A DNA stretch of 61,060 nucleotides, the filler included, from Sluysia triapertura (taxonomy: Eukaryota), in the NCBI GenBank assembly GCA_046118255.1. It is 4 parts of 4 records of this genome, joined end to end, with 100 filler letters (N's around TTAATTAATTAA, not from the genome) between each part and the next. Parts side by side here need not be neighbours in the genome. Positions count along the whole stretch, not along the records: positions 13,630 to 29,195 come from JBJNIA010224905.1; positions 29,296 to 49,267 come from JBJNIA010039913.1; 2 more parts are not named here. The stretch is one strand, 5' to 3'. This document shows, piece after piece, positions 24,993 through 37,434 of this stretch. Position numbers and translations under genes: made by a program. Below the pieces are notes generated by a model that saw only the letters and a program-made list of their open reading frames with translations, was not told the origin of the DNA and searched no databases. How positions within the stretch are numbered: the first letter of the stretch is position 1; every line of letters begins with the position of its first letter.

Positions 24993-26119
24993 ATAACAAT
25001 AGTACTGGACAATAATGATCCTCTTAAGATCCATGCCCTGAGTACTATTTTGATTTTGATTTTTAATTATTGTTTAATTATTTCTTATCTTTTAGGGAAT
25101 CCCCTTTGTCATTTTTAAACTATAATTCGATGATATTTTTAGAGATGTATCTTTATTAATTTTGAGTATATAGTCTGTTTATTTGACTATTTATTGAGAT
25201 AATAATTCTTACATATTCCACTTTATTTATTCATAGATTTTAGAATTATTTTTGGATAATTAATAGTTGAATTTTTGTGTGAGTCATCCTTGGTTATTAT
25301 TAATTTATTTTTGTTATATTATTTTTATTATTTGTTATATTATATTACTAAAGAGTCATTTTGGTTATTTAATAAATATTTAACTAGTTCAGATGATAAC
25401 TTGTAATTTTGAAAAGCGATCAAATTTTGTTTACTTTAATTATTTTGTTGTACTATTTACATTAGTTTGAAAATCTTTTGAATTTAACAAGTATCATTGT
25501 TAAAATAAGAAAAATTTTGATAATTTGCATTTGATTTTTTAATTATTAAATTTATTGAGATTCTCCAAACTTAACTGATTTTGTCACTATGGTGGTTTTC
25601 TATTAAAAACCTCTTTATCAACATATTTATTATCTGGAGTAGAGTTCACCTAATAGAGATGGCTTATATCTGACCGAATGCGGTCTATTAGGTTTTTTAT
25701 TGTGCTTAAAGAATGCTAACTGAACTTATTAATTGAAATGTATCTTATTTCTAATCATTAAATGATCAAAGATCATATTAATTAATACTTTGCACCATAT
25801 CCATTTGTTTAAGTTAAACCTTAATACTGCTCAATTTATCGTTAAATTGAACTAGCCAAATTTTGGTCTAGTTTTATTAAATCAATTAAGCCAGCCTGAT
25901 ATGGTCTAGCGTATCCAATAAGAGATTTTATATAATTTAGACTTTAAACTAGCCTTATTAAGGTCTAGTTAATCTATCGAATGATTTTTGATATCTCAAC
26001 AAATTAACAATACAATAATATGAAATCATCATATTCATAAAAACGTAATTATACTTCTCAAAACTTCATCTAATCACAAAATTAAAAATATAAACAATCA
26101 AATCCAACATCAAAATACA

Positions 26120-26700
26120 TTCAATCATTATAACCCTGCAATATGCCAACAGCATCATACCACACAAGCGTTTAAGTTAATTCATACCAAACATGATCAT
26201 TCAAGTATAAACTCAATAAACACATTGGCAGAATTCATGCAACTCAATACATTAAACCAAGCAACGACGAACAACATATCCGCATTCAGCTCGGTATTAC
26301 CTAGTGCTCATTAGGGTACAAAACCAATTCTAAAAAGATCACAGCTTAAACCGCATAAAAAGACTCAACAACAAAAACATGTTTCTTGATCGCTTAATTC
26401 CAATATATACCACATCATACCATCAAACACAACCCGACAAAACAAATATACTAACAAAACCGACCAAGACCATCTAATAAACAAAATTTATCAACTAAAT
26501 AAAAGTCAGATTTTAATATGCTCAGATTTTAATCAATATTCTCTAGCAAATAAGAAATCAATAAACAACAATAATAATATATCAACGATTCATGCACCAA
26601 ATCCAACAAAACAGTAGTAGACTCCACAGAATCAGTACGAAATACTGCAGCACATTTCCAAGAGCACAACATAAAACAATTAAGAGCGCTTCATACTGTA
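26120..26700 (+). mobile_element. Possible LINE AP-endonuclease remnant
   Basis: Scattered motifs in a strongly A/C-skewed tract: LGIT*, IYHxxP, KSQILICSDFN (GDFN-like), MHQIQQNSSR. Confidence 0.3.
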
Positions 26701-27649
26701 TCACATGCCACCGCACAATATTCACTAATTTTCACATCAAACCAAACCAAACGATACGACAAATCATACACATACCAAATTCAGACAAACTTCCACAAAT
26801 AAAATAAACCTATACTTCGTCAGTCATATTACATCCCACACTAAAACCAAACCAAAACAATAAAAGAGTAGGGTACGGCTTTTCCATCACATCTACCCGT
26901 CCGTTTATTCCAGAGAGCCCAAAATATAGGGTAAATAAAACCCATCCGAGTTTCAAAATCACTGGATACGCCCAACTAGGAACGTTGTCCCAAATTAAAA
27001 AGTCACCACAACATAAATGGACACCCATGAGGAATCTGTCCAACTCCAATAAAGCTTACGCTCAAGTATGCAAAACGGGCATAGTGAGCTCATCACAAAG
27101 TCCCGGGTTACTTCTAAACCGTAATACGAAATCTGATGAACCGAAAATAAATCGGCAGTGGACCCAAAACTATAAACCAGGCTCCCAGACCCAGAGAACA
27201 TTCCACCACACAGATAGCATCAATCAAAATAAATGAATCGTCCGCCATATCGACCACAACAACCAGAAAAATGAATCAAAAACCGACAATACACATAAGA
27301 AAAAGATACAGTCAGTACAGACAACCAACCACAACACTACACCACGAACACTATTCAAACCTAGAGTTAATCAGGTCCCGAAACATTCAAACGACAATCA
27401 ACACGCCGAGATCATAAACTATGTGACTGAGACTGTAATACAAATACAGTACAAATTAAATGTGTCACTTGCCAAATACGAAATGACGTTCCCCCATAAA
27501 AACATTATACGATATCATAAAACATGAAGATGCCTGGCTGTCCCACAAATCAAAACCCCTAAGGGACCACCTCACATTCTGTGATTACAGTATATTCGAT
27601 GGGGCTGTAATCACAGTAACACATAAGCTGCTCGGCGGATCCGACGTCG

Positions 27650-28950
27650 ATGGCGACATCCTTATAACCCAGCAAAAATCTCAGAAGAAGGCTATCCACT
27701 TTCGAAACGCCCTCCTTCATTGACGAATCAGGACTTCTAAATGTATGGTTCTTTGTCGTGGAATCACATTTCAAATTAAACAATATAAAACGACAAAGCT
27801 CCATGTTCGACCAATTACTTCCCCTCCTTCCTCAACTCCTTCTAAGCAAACTAGGCAACAAGATCCAAACTTGCTTGCAGGCCGAAAACGCCTATGACGA
27901 CTTGAAGCAAACAATCTTGGCACACCACCGCCACAATACACAGAAGGTGTTCCAAGATTACTTCAAGGCACAATCTTTAGGGACTCTATCTCCTTCGGAA
28001 TTTCTGGCCAAAATGAGAAATGATCTCGAGTCCTTCGGTTGCGAAAAGGACGAGAATCATGACGTCCTAAAGAGACTATACTTGGACGCCATGCCCACCG
28101 AAGTCCAGACTGTACTTATCGGCAGCCAAATTCACGATATCAAAGAACTGGCCAATCAATAGTTCATAAATTCCATGAACTATACGCCACAATCTAAGTC
28201 AGGCATCACTTTAGAATCCATGTCAATAAGGATTGATGCCCTGATCGCACAAGTGGCTGAAATCACTAAATTAGTCGCCACAAGTCTGACGCGACATGCC
28301 AGCAGTCCTCTCACAAGACGACAATCACCACCAAACTCCAGGTCCTCATCGCTATCCAGAAAGTCAATCAACAATTCTGGATGGTTCAATGGTATAAGTA
28401 CCAACATAAGGCAAAATGTTGAGTACTAGGATGCAGATAACCCAACAAATTGGACACACTTAAAATAAAAAACATTTGCATATATTATGCACATTTTAAA
28501 ACACTCGCAAAGCGACGTATGGATGGTTACAATCAATTCAATTCTTTTAATGCAACATCGAAAAACTAAATTCGCCACTGGTCGTGGCGGCCGGACCCGA
28601 CAACATGGCGATCAACAGTATATTTTCAGTGTGGCTGAGATTCATCAATTTTCAGCATATCTCCCTCGAGTTTTTCATTAACACTGGAGCCGCCGTTTCG
28701 GTGATACCACAGAAAATTATAAATAACACCGCCAAAACACGTTCCTACTTAACAGCAGCCAACGGAACGGCCGTTGCTTACACCGGCTCCCAGAAACTCA
28801 AATTTCAAATCAACCCATACCAAGAAATACTTGAGTGGACTTTTCTCACAGCGGCAGTTCAATATTAGGAGCAGATTTTCTCAGTCACTACAAGTTCTCC
28901 GTTGACTGCCACACAAAAACTTTACGTAAAACCTTCGGAAAATTGTCACA
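27650..28950 (+). mobile_element. Gypsy (Mag-like) LTR retrotransposon gag-protease remnant
   Basis: Gag: VWFFVVESHFKLNNI..AYDDLKQTIL..LGTLSPSEFLAKMR..LYLDAMPTEVQTVL; protease FFINTGAAVSVIP..LTAANGT..LGADFLSHY. Confidence 0.85.
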
Positions 28951-29295
28951 CATAAAATGTGGTGGTACAGCCCCTTAGATTACATGCATTATACTCATTC
29001 CAGTCACAAACTACATAAACCATATCACAAAAACCACACTACAATAAAATTCATCCGTGATCCTTACACTATTACACCTCTCATCATTAACAAAGCATAG
29101 ACGCACGACAAAATCTCGAACATCTTATTAATATTTTGCTCATTAACATTTAAATAATGTTTATCATCATTTTGTCATCACTACGACACTATTCTNNNNN
29201 NNNNNNNNNNNNNNNNNNNNNNNNNNNNNNNNNNNNNNNTTAATTAATTAANNNNNNNNNNNNNNNNNNNNNNNNNNNNNNNNNNNNNNNNNNNN

Positions 29296-29482
29296 CAGCC
29301 CCGTCTAACAATTTCATTTTCAATATATTCAATTATACTACTTGGCACTTTTATGCCTTTTACCCCAACAATGGATTGACCGGGGATCGAACCCGGGACC
29401 ATCGTCTGCGCAGCCCCGTCTAACAATTTCATTTCATTATATATCAATTTTACCAAATGGCACTTTAGGCCTTTTACCCAAC
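29296..29482 (-). repeat. Tandem units of about 115 nt containing the tRNA-like SINE segment (29371-29424)
   Basis: cagccccgtctaacaatttcatt...ggcacttt..gccttttaccc at 29296 and 29411; minus strand reads ctgcgcagacgatggtcccgggttcgatccccggtcaatcca. Confidence 0.75.
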
Positions 29483-31778
29483 ACAAAATAATGAGAAATA
29501 ACCCTTTACAAGGTTTTATTTGTTAAAATATTAAAGTACATTGTTAATTAACTTAATTAAAAGTTGTTTATTTTGATAAATCAGGAAAATGTTTGCTCAT
29601 AATATAACGATATTAGATTTAGTGTTTAATATTGAGTTTTATTAGTATTTTTAATGATGAAGTATTGCGAAGTAAGTCAATTTAGATAACGTAAAAATTA
29701 ATTTTTATAATTTAAAATTAAAGTTAAATATGTTCCGATGTCTAAGTATTAATAAAGTATATATCAAATCGATACTTACAGAGAGACTAATTCAAATATG
29801 TTATTCACATTCAACTCACCGATAGAAGAGCCACTTCACTATAACTGAGATCATTTCTTGTTTTGTTTTGTGATTTTTGAATTTTTTAGGATTAACTCAG
29901 AGTTAAATTTAAATATTTAAAAGACAAGCCAGTTCAAATAAGTTTGGAAACCTTAACATTTATTGTTGACCAATCTTATTGTGATTAATATATTTAATTA
30001 TTAATAATAATCAATAATTAAAATTAATATTTTCAGAAATGATCACTTCTGATGTTTGAAAACATCATTATACTTTATGTATTACTTTTTTCATATTTTT
30101 AAAGATCTTAAAATTATCATCTGAAGAATGATAATTTAGATAAAAATCTAATATTTTAAAAAATAATTAGTCCCTTATGAATTATTACCATCTAAATAAT
30201 ATTACAAAATTATCATATAGCAATAACTTATATATTTAGATTGGAATTATAATGCAAAATTAAATAAAGAATTTAAATTAACTTCGCATGACGATTAGAC
30301 TCGAAGTTTAAACAGTTTCAAAACACTTAAAAATTGAAAGAACACGATGTCATGAGGTTTAATTTTTGAAATTTAAAAACTAAAATTTAAATATTCCGTA
30401 AAGAAAACTAAACCTTTATACGAAAAAACTAATGCAAAATTAATTTACATTGGTTTTGTTTTTATCTACCAATTTTTATTCTCCATTTATCGCGTGATTT
30501 AAATTTGATAAAATTAAAAAAATGTATATAAAATATTGATTTTGTCTTTTTAGGATGAGATACTATTTATAATAAATTACCATTTATAATGTGTATTTGA
30601 ATTAGTTCAATTTCTAGGAATTTTATTTATCGTCAAATTTTCACTTTATTTGGAATTAAATCAGGTTTAATATGAATGATCCAGGTTTGTTTCTTTCTTA
30701 GTACTTTGTCACTACCTAATTATTGTATTTATTGACATAATCAAATCACACCCTTTTAATTGTCAAACAAGTTTAATGTTGAAAATGTATATTTTATTTC
30801 CTATTTTATTATCTTTATCTCTTTTTATTAATTGCATTTGATCTAGCGCTTCAATTATCGCTAAAAATTTTCTCTATATTTTACTTTTCAGATACATACG
30901 TAATTTTTGTCAAAATATCAAAATAAGTTTCCCATGGAAAGTTTAAGAGCAACAGAAACACTGATTTTAATAATGTCTTGAAGGAAATTGTTATTGATTG
31001 ATTTAGAGTATCTTGTGGGAAATCGATATTGCATGAACTTCTTAAACTTAGCGAACACAATGATTGTGGTCAAGATCTTTCATTTTTGATTAAAACTGGG
31101 GTTAAAAAGTTATAAGTTGAAGTTCGAGTTATTAATTAACTGTAATTCGGAAAATATTTAATGAAACATTAAAAATTTCAATTTTAGCTTACACACTTCA
31201 AATTTTAAATCATTAAACTTTTGGTATTTTGTAAGTTTCATGGACAAATTTGCAAATTGTTGGATCAATTCTTTACGAATATGGAAAATTATCTTGCTTT
31301 AAATTAAAGAACGATTTTTAAATTTTGATGAACAATTCATAAAAGGGAAATTATTTATAGAATAAAAACAGGGCTTTGTGTTTCAAAATTAAATGATTAC
31401 AGATATGTATCACATATAACACTCTTAGCAAAATTGATTGGAAAAGCAGTCCGACAAGAATATGTGATGAAAGGCAAATATCCTTAGTTCGAAAGTATAG
31501 TGTGTAACATTTATTAAGTATATATGATGCATTATTAACCATTTGACTATTGGCAAGTCTCATGCGCAACAAAGCAAAAAGTGAAAATAAAAATTCTTTA
31601 TTTTGTTTCAGAACAATATTTTAGCAAGAATAAAATTTGAAAACACATTCTTCTTGCATTTAGAACGAAATACATTGTTATTCTTCTGTAGAAAGTTGAT
31701 CTTTCAACTTGAAGCTGCCTCTGTTATTTTGGTGTAAAATGAAAATTTCAATTTGGAGTTTTGCGTAAAATGTTTCAT

Positions 31779-31860
31779 TTTAATATTCACTTTAATATTC
31801 ACTTTAATATTCACTTTAATATTCACTTTGATATTCACTTTGATATTCACCGTAATATTC
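31779..31860. repeat. 12-bp minisatellite (ttaatattcact), about 6.5 copies
   Basis: Direct inspection. Confidence 0.9.
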
Positions 31861-32020
31861 TAGTAGAAATTGTACAGTGAAACAACTTCCACAAAACGAA
31901 ATGTAATATATTCTCTAATTCAGAAATTCGACCTACTTATTTCTATTACACATATTTTTGCCTCTAAAATAAAATACACTCTATTTTCTTACATAAGTTG
32001 AACTTTTCAAATTCGAAATT

Positions 32021-32370
32021 ATGAAAGATCTCATGTAACACCTTATCTTAAGGAATTACATTGGTTGCAAATAAAACCAAGAATAGAATTCAAAATAATG
32101 ACAATAATTTACAAATGTTTACATTAAGGAAGTCCTGAATATCTTTTAGAAATAATAAAAAATTGGAAAGCAAGATGAATATTTCATTGAGACATAATAA
32201 TGATCTGTAATAAACAGTACTACCAGAGAATGTCAAATTACTGGAAGATTATGAAATATTTAAGAAAAAGACAAAGTTTATGTTTCAGAAATATTATAGT
32301 GAATGATTTATTTTAAGTGCTTTTGAGTACTTTGCAGTAGATATGAGCGCAATATAAATTAATATATTAT
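32021..32370 (+). mobile_element. L2/CR1-group LINE 3' end
   Basis: HVTPYLKELHWLQIKPRIEFKIMTIIYKCLH plus a 3' tail gcttttgag...gagcgcaatataaat(ta)ttatt. Confidence 0.85.
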
Positions 32371-35300
32371 TTATTTATTTCTGATTTATTGCAACTTTTT
32401 AAATGAATATGGAAGAACAATCTTTTATAAAAATTTGAAAAATCATAATTAGACATCTATTACCCAATATAATTCAGAAGTTTCTGTTAAATGGAACAAT
32501 AATAATTATAAAAATTTATGTAAAATAATAACAAAATTTCAACGTATTCATCACTATCATTGTTTTGATGTAAATTCGTATACCTCCTTTTACATGTTAC
32601 AATTTTGCACGCATTTAATTTAATTTAAACAATAATCGTTACAAAATCCTTATGCTACTCTTGCAGAACTCGAATCGATAGTGAGGGTTGTGTCGAATGG
32701 TACATAGTTAAGTAACAAAAAATTGATTAATGTTCAGATATATCTTATTATACGTGATCTTTTTTAACAATATTGATTTTAGGAAACATTAAATATTCTG
32801 TTATTCCTTGCCGATTTATAGTAACGAATATTTGTAGGACTTAATTCGAGTTAATCTGGTTATAAAAAATTCGAGTTCATTTTAAAGTTATTTTTATTCA
32901 TACCAATCATTTCTTATTTAATTCGTTCTAAAATCGAAGAATTCAATTTATACTTTTTTGAATAATCACAATTTGTCGTTGCTCAATATTAAAATAAATA
33001 TAGCTATGAGTTAACCTTTTCAGGATTGGCTGTTTTTTAATTTTTTATTAAAATATACAAAGTTGTAAAAGTGTTTGAATGTGCGATATTTTCTAAATCA
33101 AAGGTATAAATAATGTTCGACTTTGCACTTAGACTTTCATTACGTTTATCTTTTTTATTTCTCGTGATTACGCAGTTTATTGTTTTTGAAAATGAATGAA
33201 TCAAAGGAACGGTTCTAATTTCTGCCTAATAAATAAATCACTTAAAAATTCCAAAAGAAGCAAGCGAACACACTAAATCAAATATAATAAATTATAAATT
33301 AATTTTTCAGAAAATTAAGTATAAAATATAAATGTTTAAATTCAATTAGCAATAAAACTGAAAATAAACGTATAAATCAATGTTCTGCAGATAAATATTG
33401 ATTTATAATCGTTAAAACAAAATAGTACAAAAACCAAATTTTATGTAAAAAAATAAATAGACAGTATTGTAAAAAGTTCTAATCATATAATAATACTTTG
33501 TAACTAATTTGATTTATAAACCAGTCAAATTATTTCTACAACTGGTTCTCGAATAAGAATCCTTTTTCTAAGGGAAATAAATAATTTACAAATGTTTAAT
33601 ATTTGATCGAGGATTTTGTGAATGATTTTCGAAAAATAATTCATTACGAGTTCTCGATAGAAGTACTATGTAAAGCCCACTTTATTCCAACCAATTAGTA
33701 ATATGTTCTTATCGAAATGTTTTTAATAAAATATGACTAATTCAAAATAATGTTCCATTGTTTTCATTGATAATTTTGGTGCGAAATTGATTCTTAAAAC
33801 TTATACTTTACAACCCACATTTTATCAACTTTTTACACATTAAACACTATAATAGTATCGATTTGAAGATACATAATCAAAATTTATTTATTTGGAATTT
33901 TTATTTTCAATAATATATTTTCACTTATTTTTATTTATCAGTAGCTAAAATTTAGTTAATAATATTTTATAAATATATTTATAAATTTTATATTTTAATT
34001 TTAGACTAAGCTAACTTTTTCATTATTTAATCTTATTTTAAAACCATTTTTTTCGAACTATAAAAAACCCACTTTATACGAATTTAATATTTTACTAACT
34101 ATGGCCAAATACGACTAATGCAAAATTATTATACTAGTTGCTTCATAAATATTGTCATTTTATATTTACAAATCTATAACGTTTTAAATTTAGTATAGAT
34201 TATAATGACCTAGATTTATTTAAATCAAATTAATGGTTCAGTTTTATTTAAATAGAAAATCTGATGACCACTTTAACAAAAAATGATAAAAGGCATTTTA
34301 AATTAAAAAAATAATTTTATTTTCACTTAATCTACTTGTTTTACCAATACAGTCAATTTTACTAATTTAAAACAATGGATAACTCCGAATGGTAACCATA
34401 GTTCGGTTGTTTAATTGAATAAAGTGTCACTTATTTTTTTATTTTAATTCTGCATATTTCTCTGTACAAAATTTATTTTTCAGATTATTAAATGATTTGT
34501 GAAGATTGGTATGATAAAAATTAAACTAGCCTTTAAGGTCTAGTGTATAGTTGCGATTAATTTTTCTTTTTTGTTGATTATGAAAACTTACTAGCCTTCT
34601 TAAGGTCTATAAACTTTATTAATCAAAGATGCAATTATGACAATATAATATCAACAAATAACGTTTCTTGTGATGAAGTTATTACTTAAATTCCTTCCGT
34701 AAATCTATCACACAACTGATATTCCGATAAAAATATAAAATAAAATTAAGTTAATCACTGATTTAATGTAACCTTTAATCGGATCAAAATAACCTTTCGG
34801 ATAAGGTTTAATAATTAAATAAGCTTTACACTGTTGTTCAGGAGCAACACATTTATTTTAACAGAAATAAAAGATTGATTTTTTTGTTTCCATGTAATAA
34901 TTTTTGAATTAATAATATAATTTTAATAATTTTCATAAAAATAAAATAATCTATATTATATTATTATGTATAATAATAGTAACAAATAAATAATAATAAA
35001 AATAATAAATATAAGTAATAAATAAATATAAATGATAATATTAATAATAACAATACAAATAATTAGAAGTTAGAGTTAAATAATTAAAGATAAATAACAT
35101 CGTGGATGATGTAATAATTTAAAATTGTTTATTTTATGAAATATTATTAATTTGATTACGAATTGATCCTTTTATCAGATTTTACTTTATTTTTAAAAAT
35201 TTGGAGTCAAAATTACTTTTTATTAGGTTTAATTGAAATAATAAAATTTTAAATTTATAAATAATGATTGAACACTTAGAAACACCGTAAATTTTATTTA

Positions 35301-36775
35301 ATACAGCAAATTTAAATTTTTTATTATTTAAAAGGTTGGGTCTGTATACGCAAATTTTTAGTAACCACGTTTAGCTATCTAAAAAAGAATTTAAAGTTAA
35401 AACATCTTTGATATAACTGTATTTATTTGACTTGAAAATTTTTTGGTTAAAATAATTGCAACAATAATTATCGATTAGGTATTTGTTTTACAAAACACTT
35501 TTGTTCATTTTAAAATTTTTAACTCGAATATCTGTACTGTAAATTTTTATAATGAAAATTCAAAAAAATTTCAATACGGCATGATAATAAAACAACGATG
35601 ATGTACTAAATATTTCTTAATTGCACATACTAAAATCAATTTTATAATAATGAGAAGACAAACAATGATGATAAGCAACTGGTTGTCCTCATTGGTTGTT
35701 CAAGCAGAGGGATGAACTACTCTGGTTGGACAACCAATGGTAGCACTAAAAATCTATCACATTGAAATGTCAATCACTGTCAATGATAACAATAATTTAT
35801 ACTTGGAATCCAATAGTGTCACCATTGATAGTGGTAATTATTAATTAATAAAATTAATGAACCGACAACAGTGACAATAGCAACAAAATCTATAAAAATG
35901 AAAAATAAAAATGATGATAATTATAATAATAACAAGAATGTTGTTATTATTACAAAATGCATAAATCTTTCTCTTTCTATCTACACAATCTTTCGTTAAT
36001 AAAATTCTTTTTTCTCAACATTTTAAATAAAATCGTTTAACTTAATATCTTTAAATGAAATTGTTTTTAGTTATTTTTTTGAGTGAAATACTTACAATGG
36101 ATTTAGAGTGATTGGAAATGTGACTTAATCTTATAAAAATAATACGTAAATGTTTTTGCTGAGTTTAAAAATGTGGATTGATAGTTTGAAATGGAGGTAA
36201 AGTTAGAATATGAAAAATGATTTTAGTGAATCTGAAAGAAATAAAATATAGCAAGCTTTTGATACATTCTAAAAGGTAGTTGTGGTATGTTATGAATAAA
36301 ATGTTTTTAAATTAATTTTTGTAGATACTTGATGACTTTCAGTATTAGATGAAAATTTGATGTTATGAAATTTATGTCTAAAATGTTTGAAGTTGTCATG
36401 GGTTATGAATTGTTGTAAATTATTGAGATAAAATTTCGAATTATTGAGATAAAATTTCGAATTTTGAGTTGGCCACCACAAATGATTTATTTTAAGCGAT
36501 TTAGAACGTTTTTAGAATTTTGATAAAATATGAGAAACAATAGAGAGGAAGAGAAAACAAACATTGTAACAACGATAATAATTATTATAACAATAGTTAT
36601 TGTTACTACGATAATAGTGATTATTCTTATGATAATTGTTATTGTAATAGTAATTTTAAAAATTATAGTAATTGTAAATTATTACAACTACGATTATATT
36701 TTGTATGAATTGAGTAATCTGTGTTGATTTGCGATGGAATGTGTTTGTGATTGTGATCAATTGATTTAGAGTTCA

Positions 36776-37360
36776 CTAGATAAACCCTTTTCGAGAAGCG
36801 GAGCGTAAGGGACTAGTAAAAAGGACTTTCTTAGCACTTTTTATCGACATGACCGGCTTCTTATTGTTACAGAATTGTACAGAAGTACTTGTCGCGAAGG
36901 TAACAGATTTAATCGCAAAGTTAGAATCACTTTCCTTAAGGTCAAATCCACGATCGGTGATATTTTTTGGAATGTATACGCGCGGTGAATTGTTATGTAT
37001 TGGTGACTTATCTAATTCAGTGAAGTAATCTCTCAGATGTTTGGAGAAAACATTTTCTTGTGGAGTTTGAGTGTCAAATAATTCGTGTGGTAATCTAGTA
37101 TTAGTACCAAACACGATTTGAGCTGCAGAATACCTTGTTGAAGAGTATGGAATGTTTCTCCAACCATGTAAAATTAGAGGCAGAGCATCCGACCAGTTGA
37201 AAGGGCTCGGTAAAAGCATTTTATCATTCCATTTGATTGAGGATGATAGGCTGTAGTTCGTAATCTTGAACTTCCGAGTTGTTTTAATTAATTACTGAAT
37301 AATTCTGATTCCGAATCTTGTAATCCAGTTATTAAACTATTAGATATTGTCTCTGTTGAA
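36776..37360 (-). mobile_element. Gypsy (Mag-like) integrase C-terminal remnant, followed by an LTR-like tract to about 36050
   Basis: SELFS..LGSSRLRTTAYHPQSNGM..WSDALPLILHGWRN..SAAQIVFGTNTRLP. Confidence 0.85.
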
Positions 37361-37434
37361 TAATTATAAGGTAAATGAATAATAGCTTTAGGGAGTATTA
37401 ATGCATAATGAATTTCTATCTAATTCCTAGGCTG

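Noticed and set aside
30890-31760. Coding-like stretch
   Set aside because: Many stops in all frames and no recognisable family
31779-31860. CRISPR-like array
   Set aside because: Head-to-tail 12-mers without spacers in a eukaryotic context
36530-36727. Ile/Val-rich transmembrane-looking ORF
   Set aside because: Translation of degenerate trinucleotide low-complexity sequence
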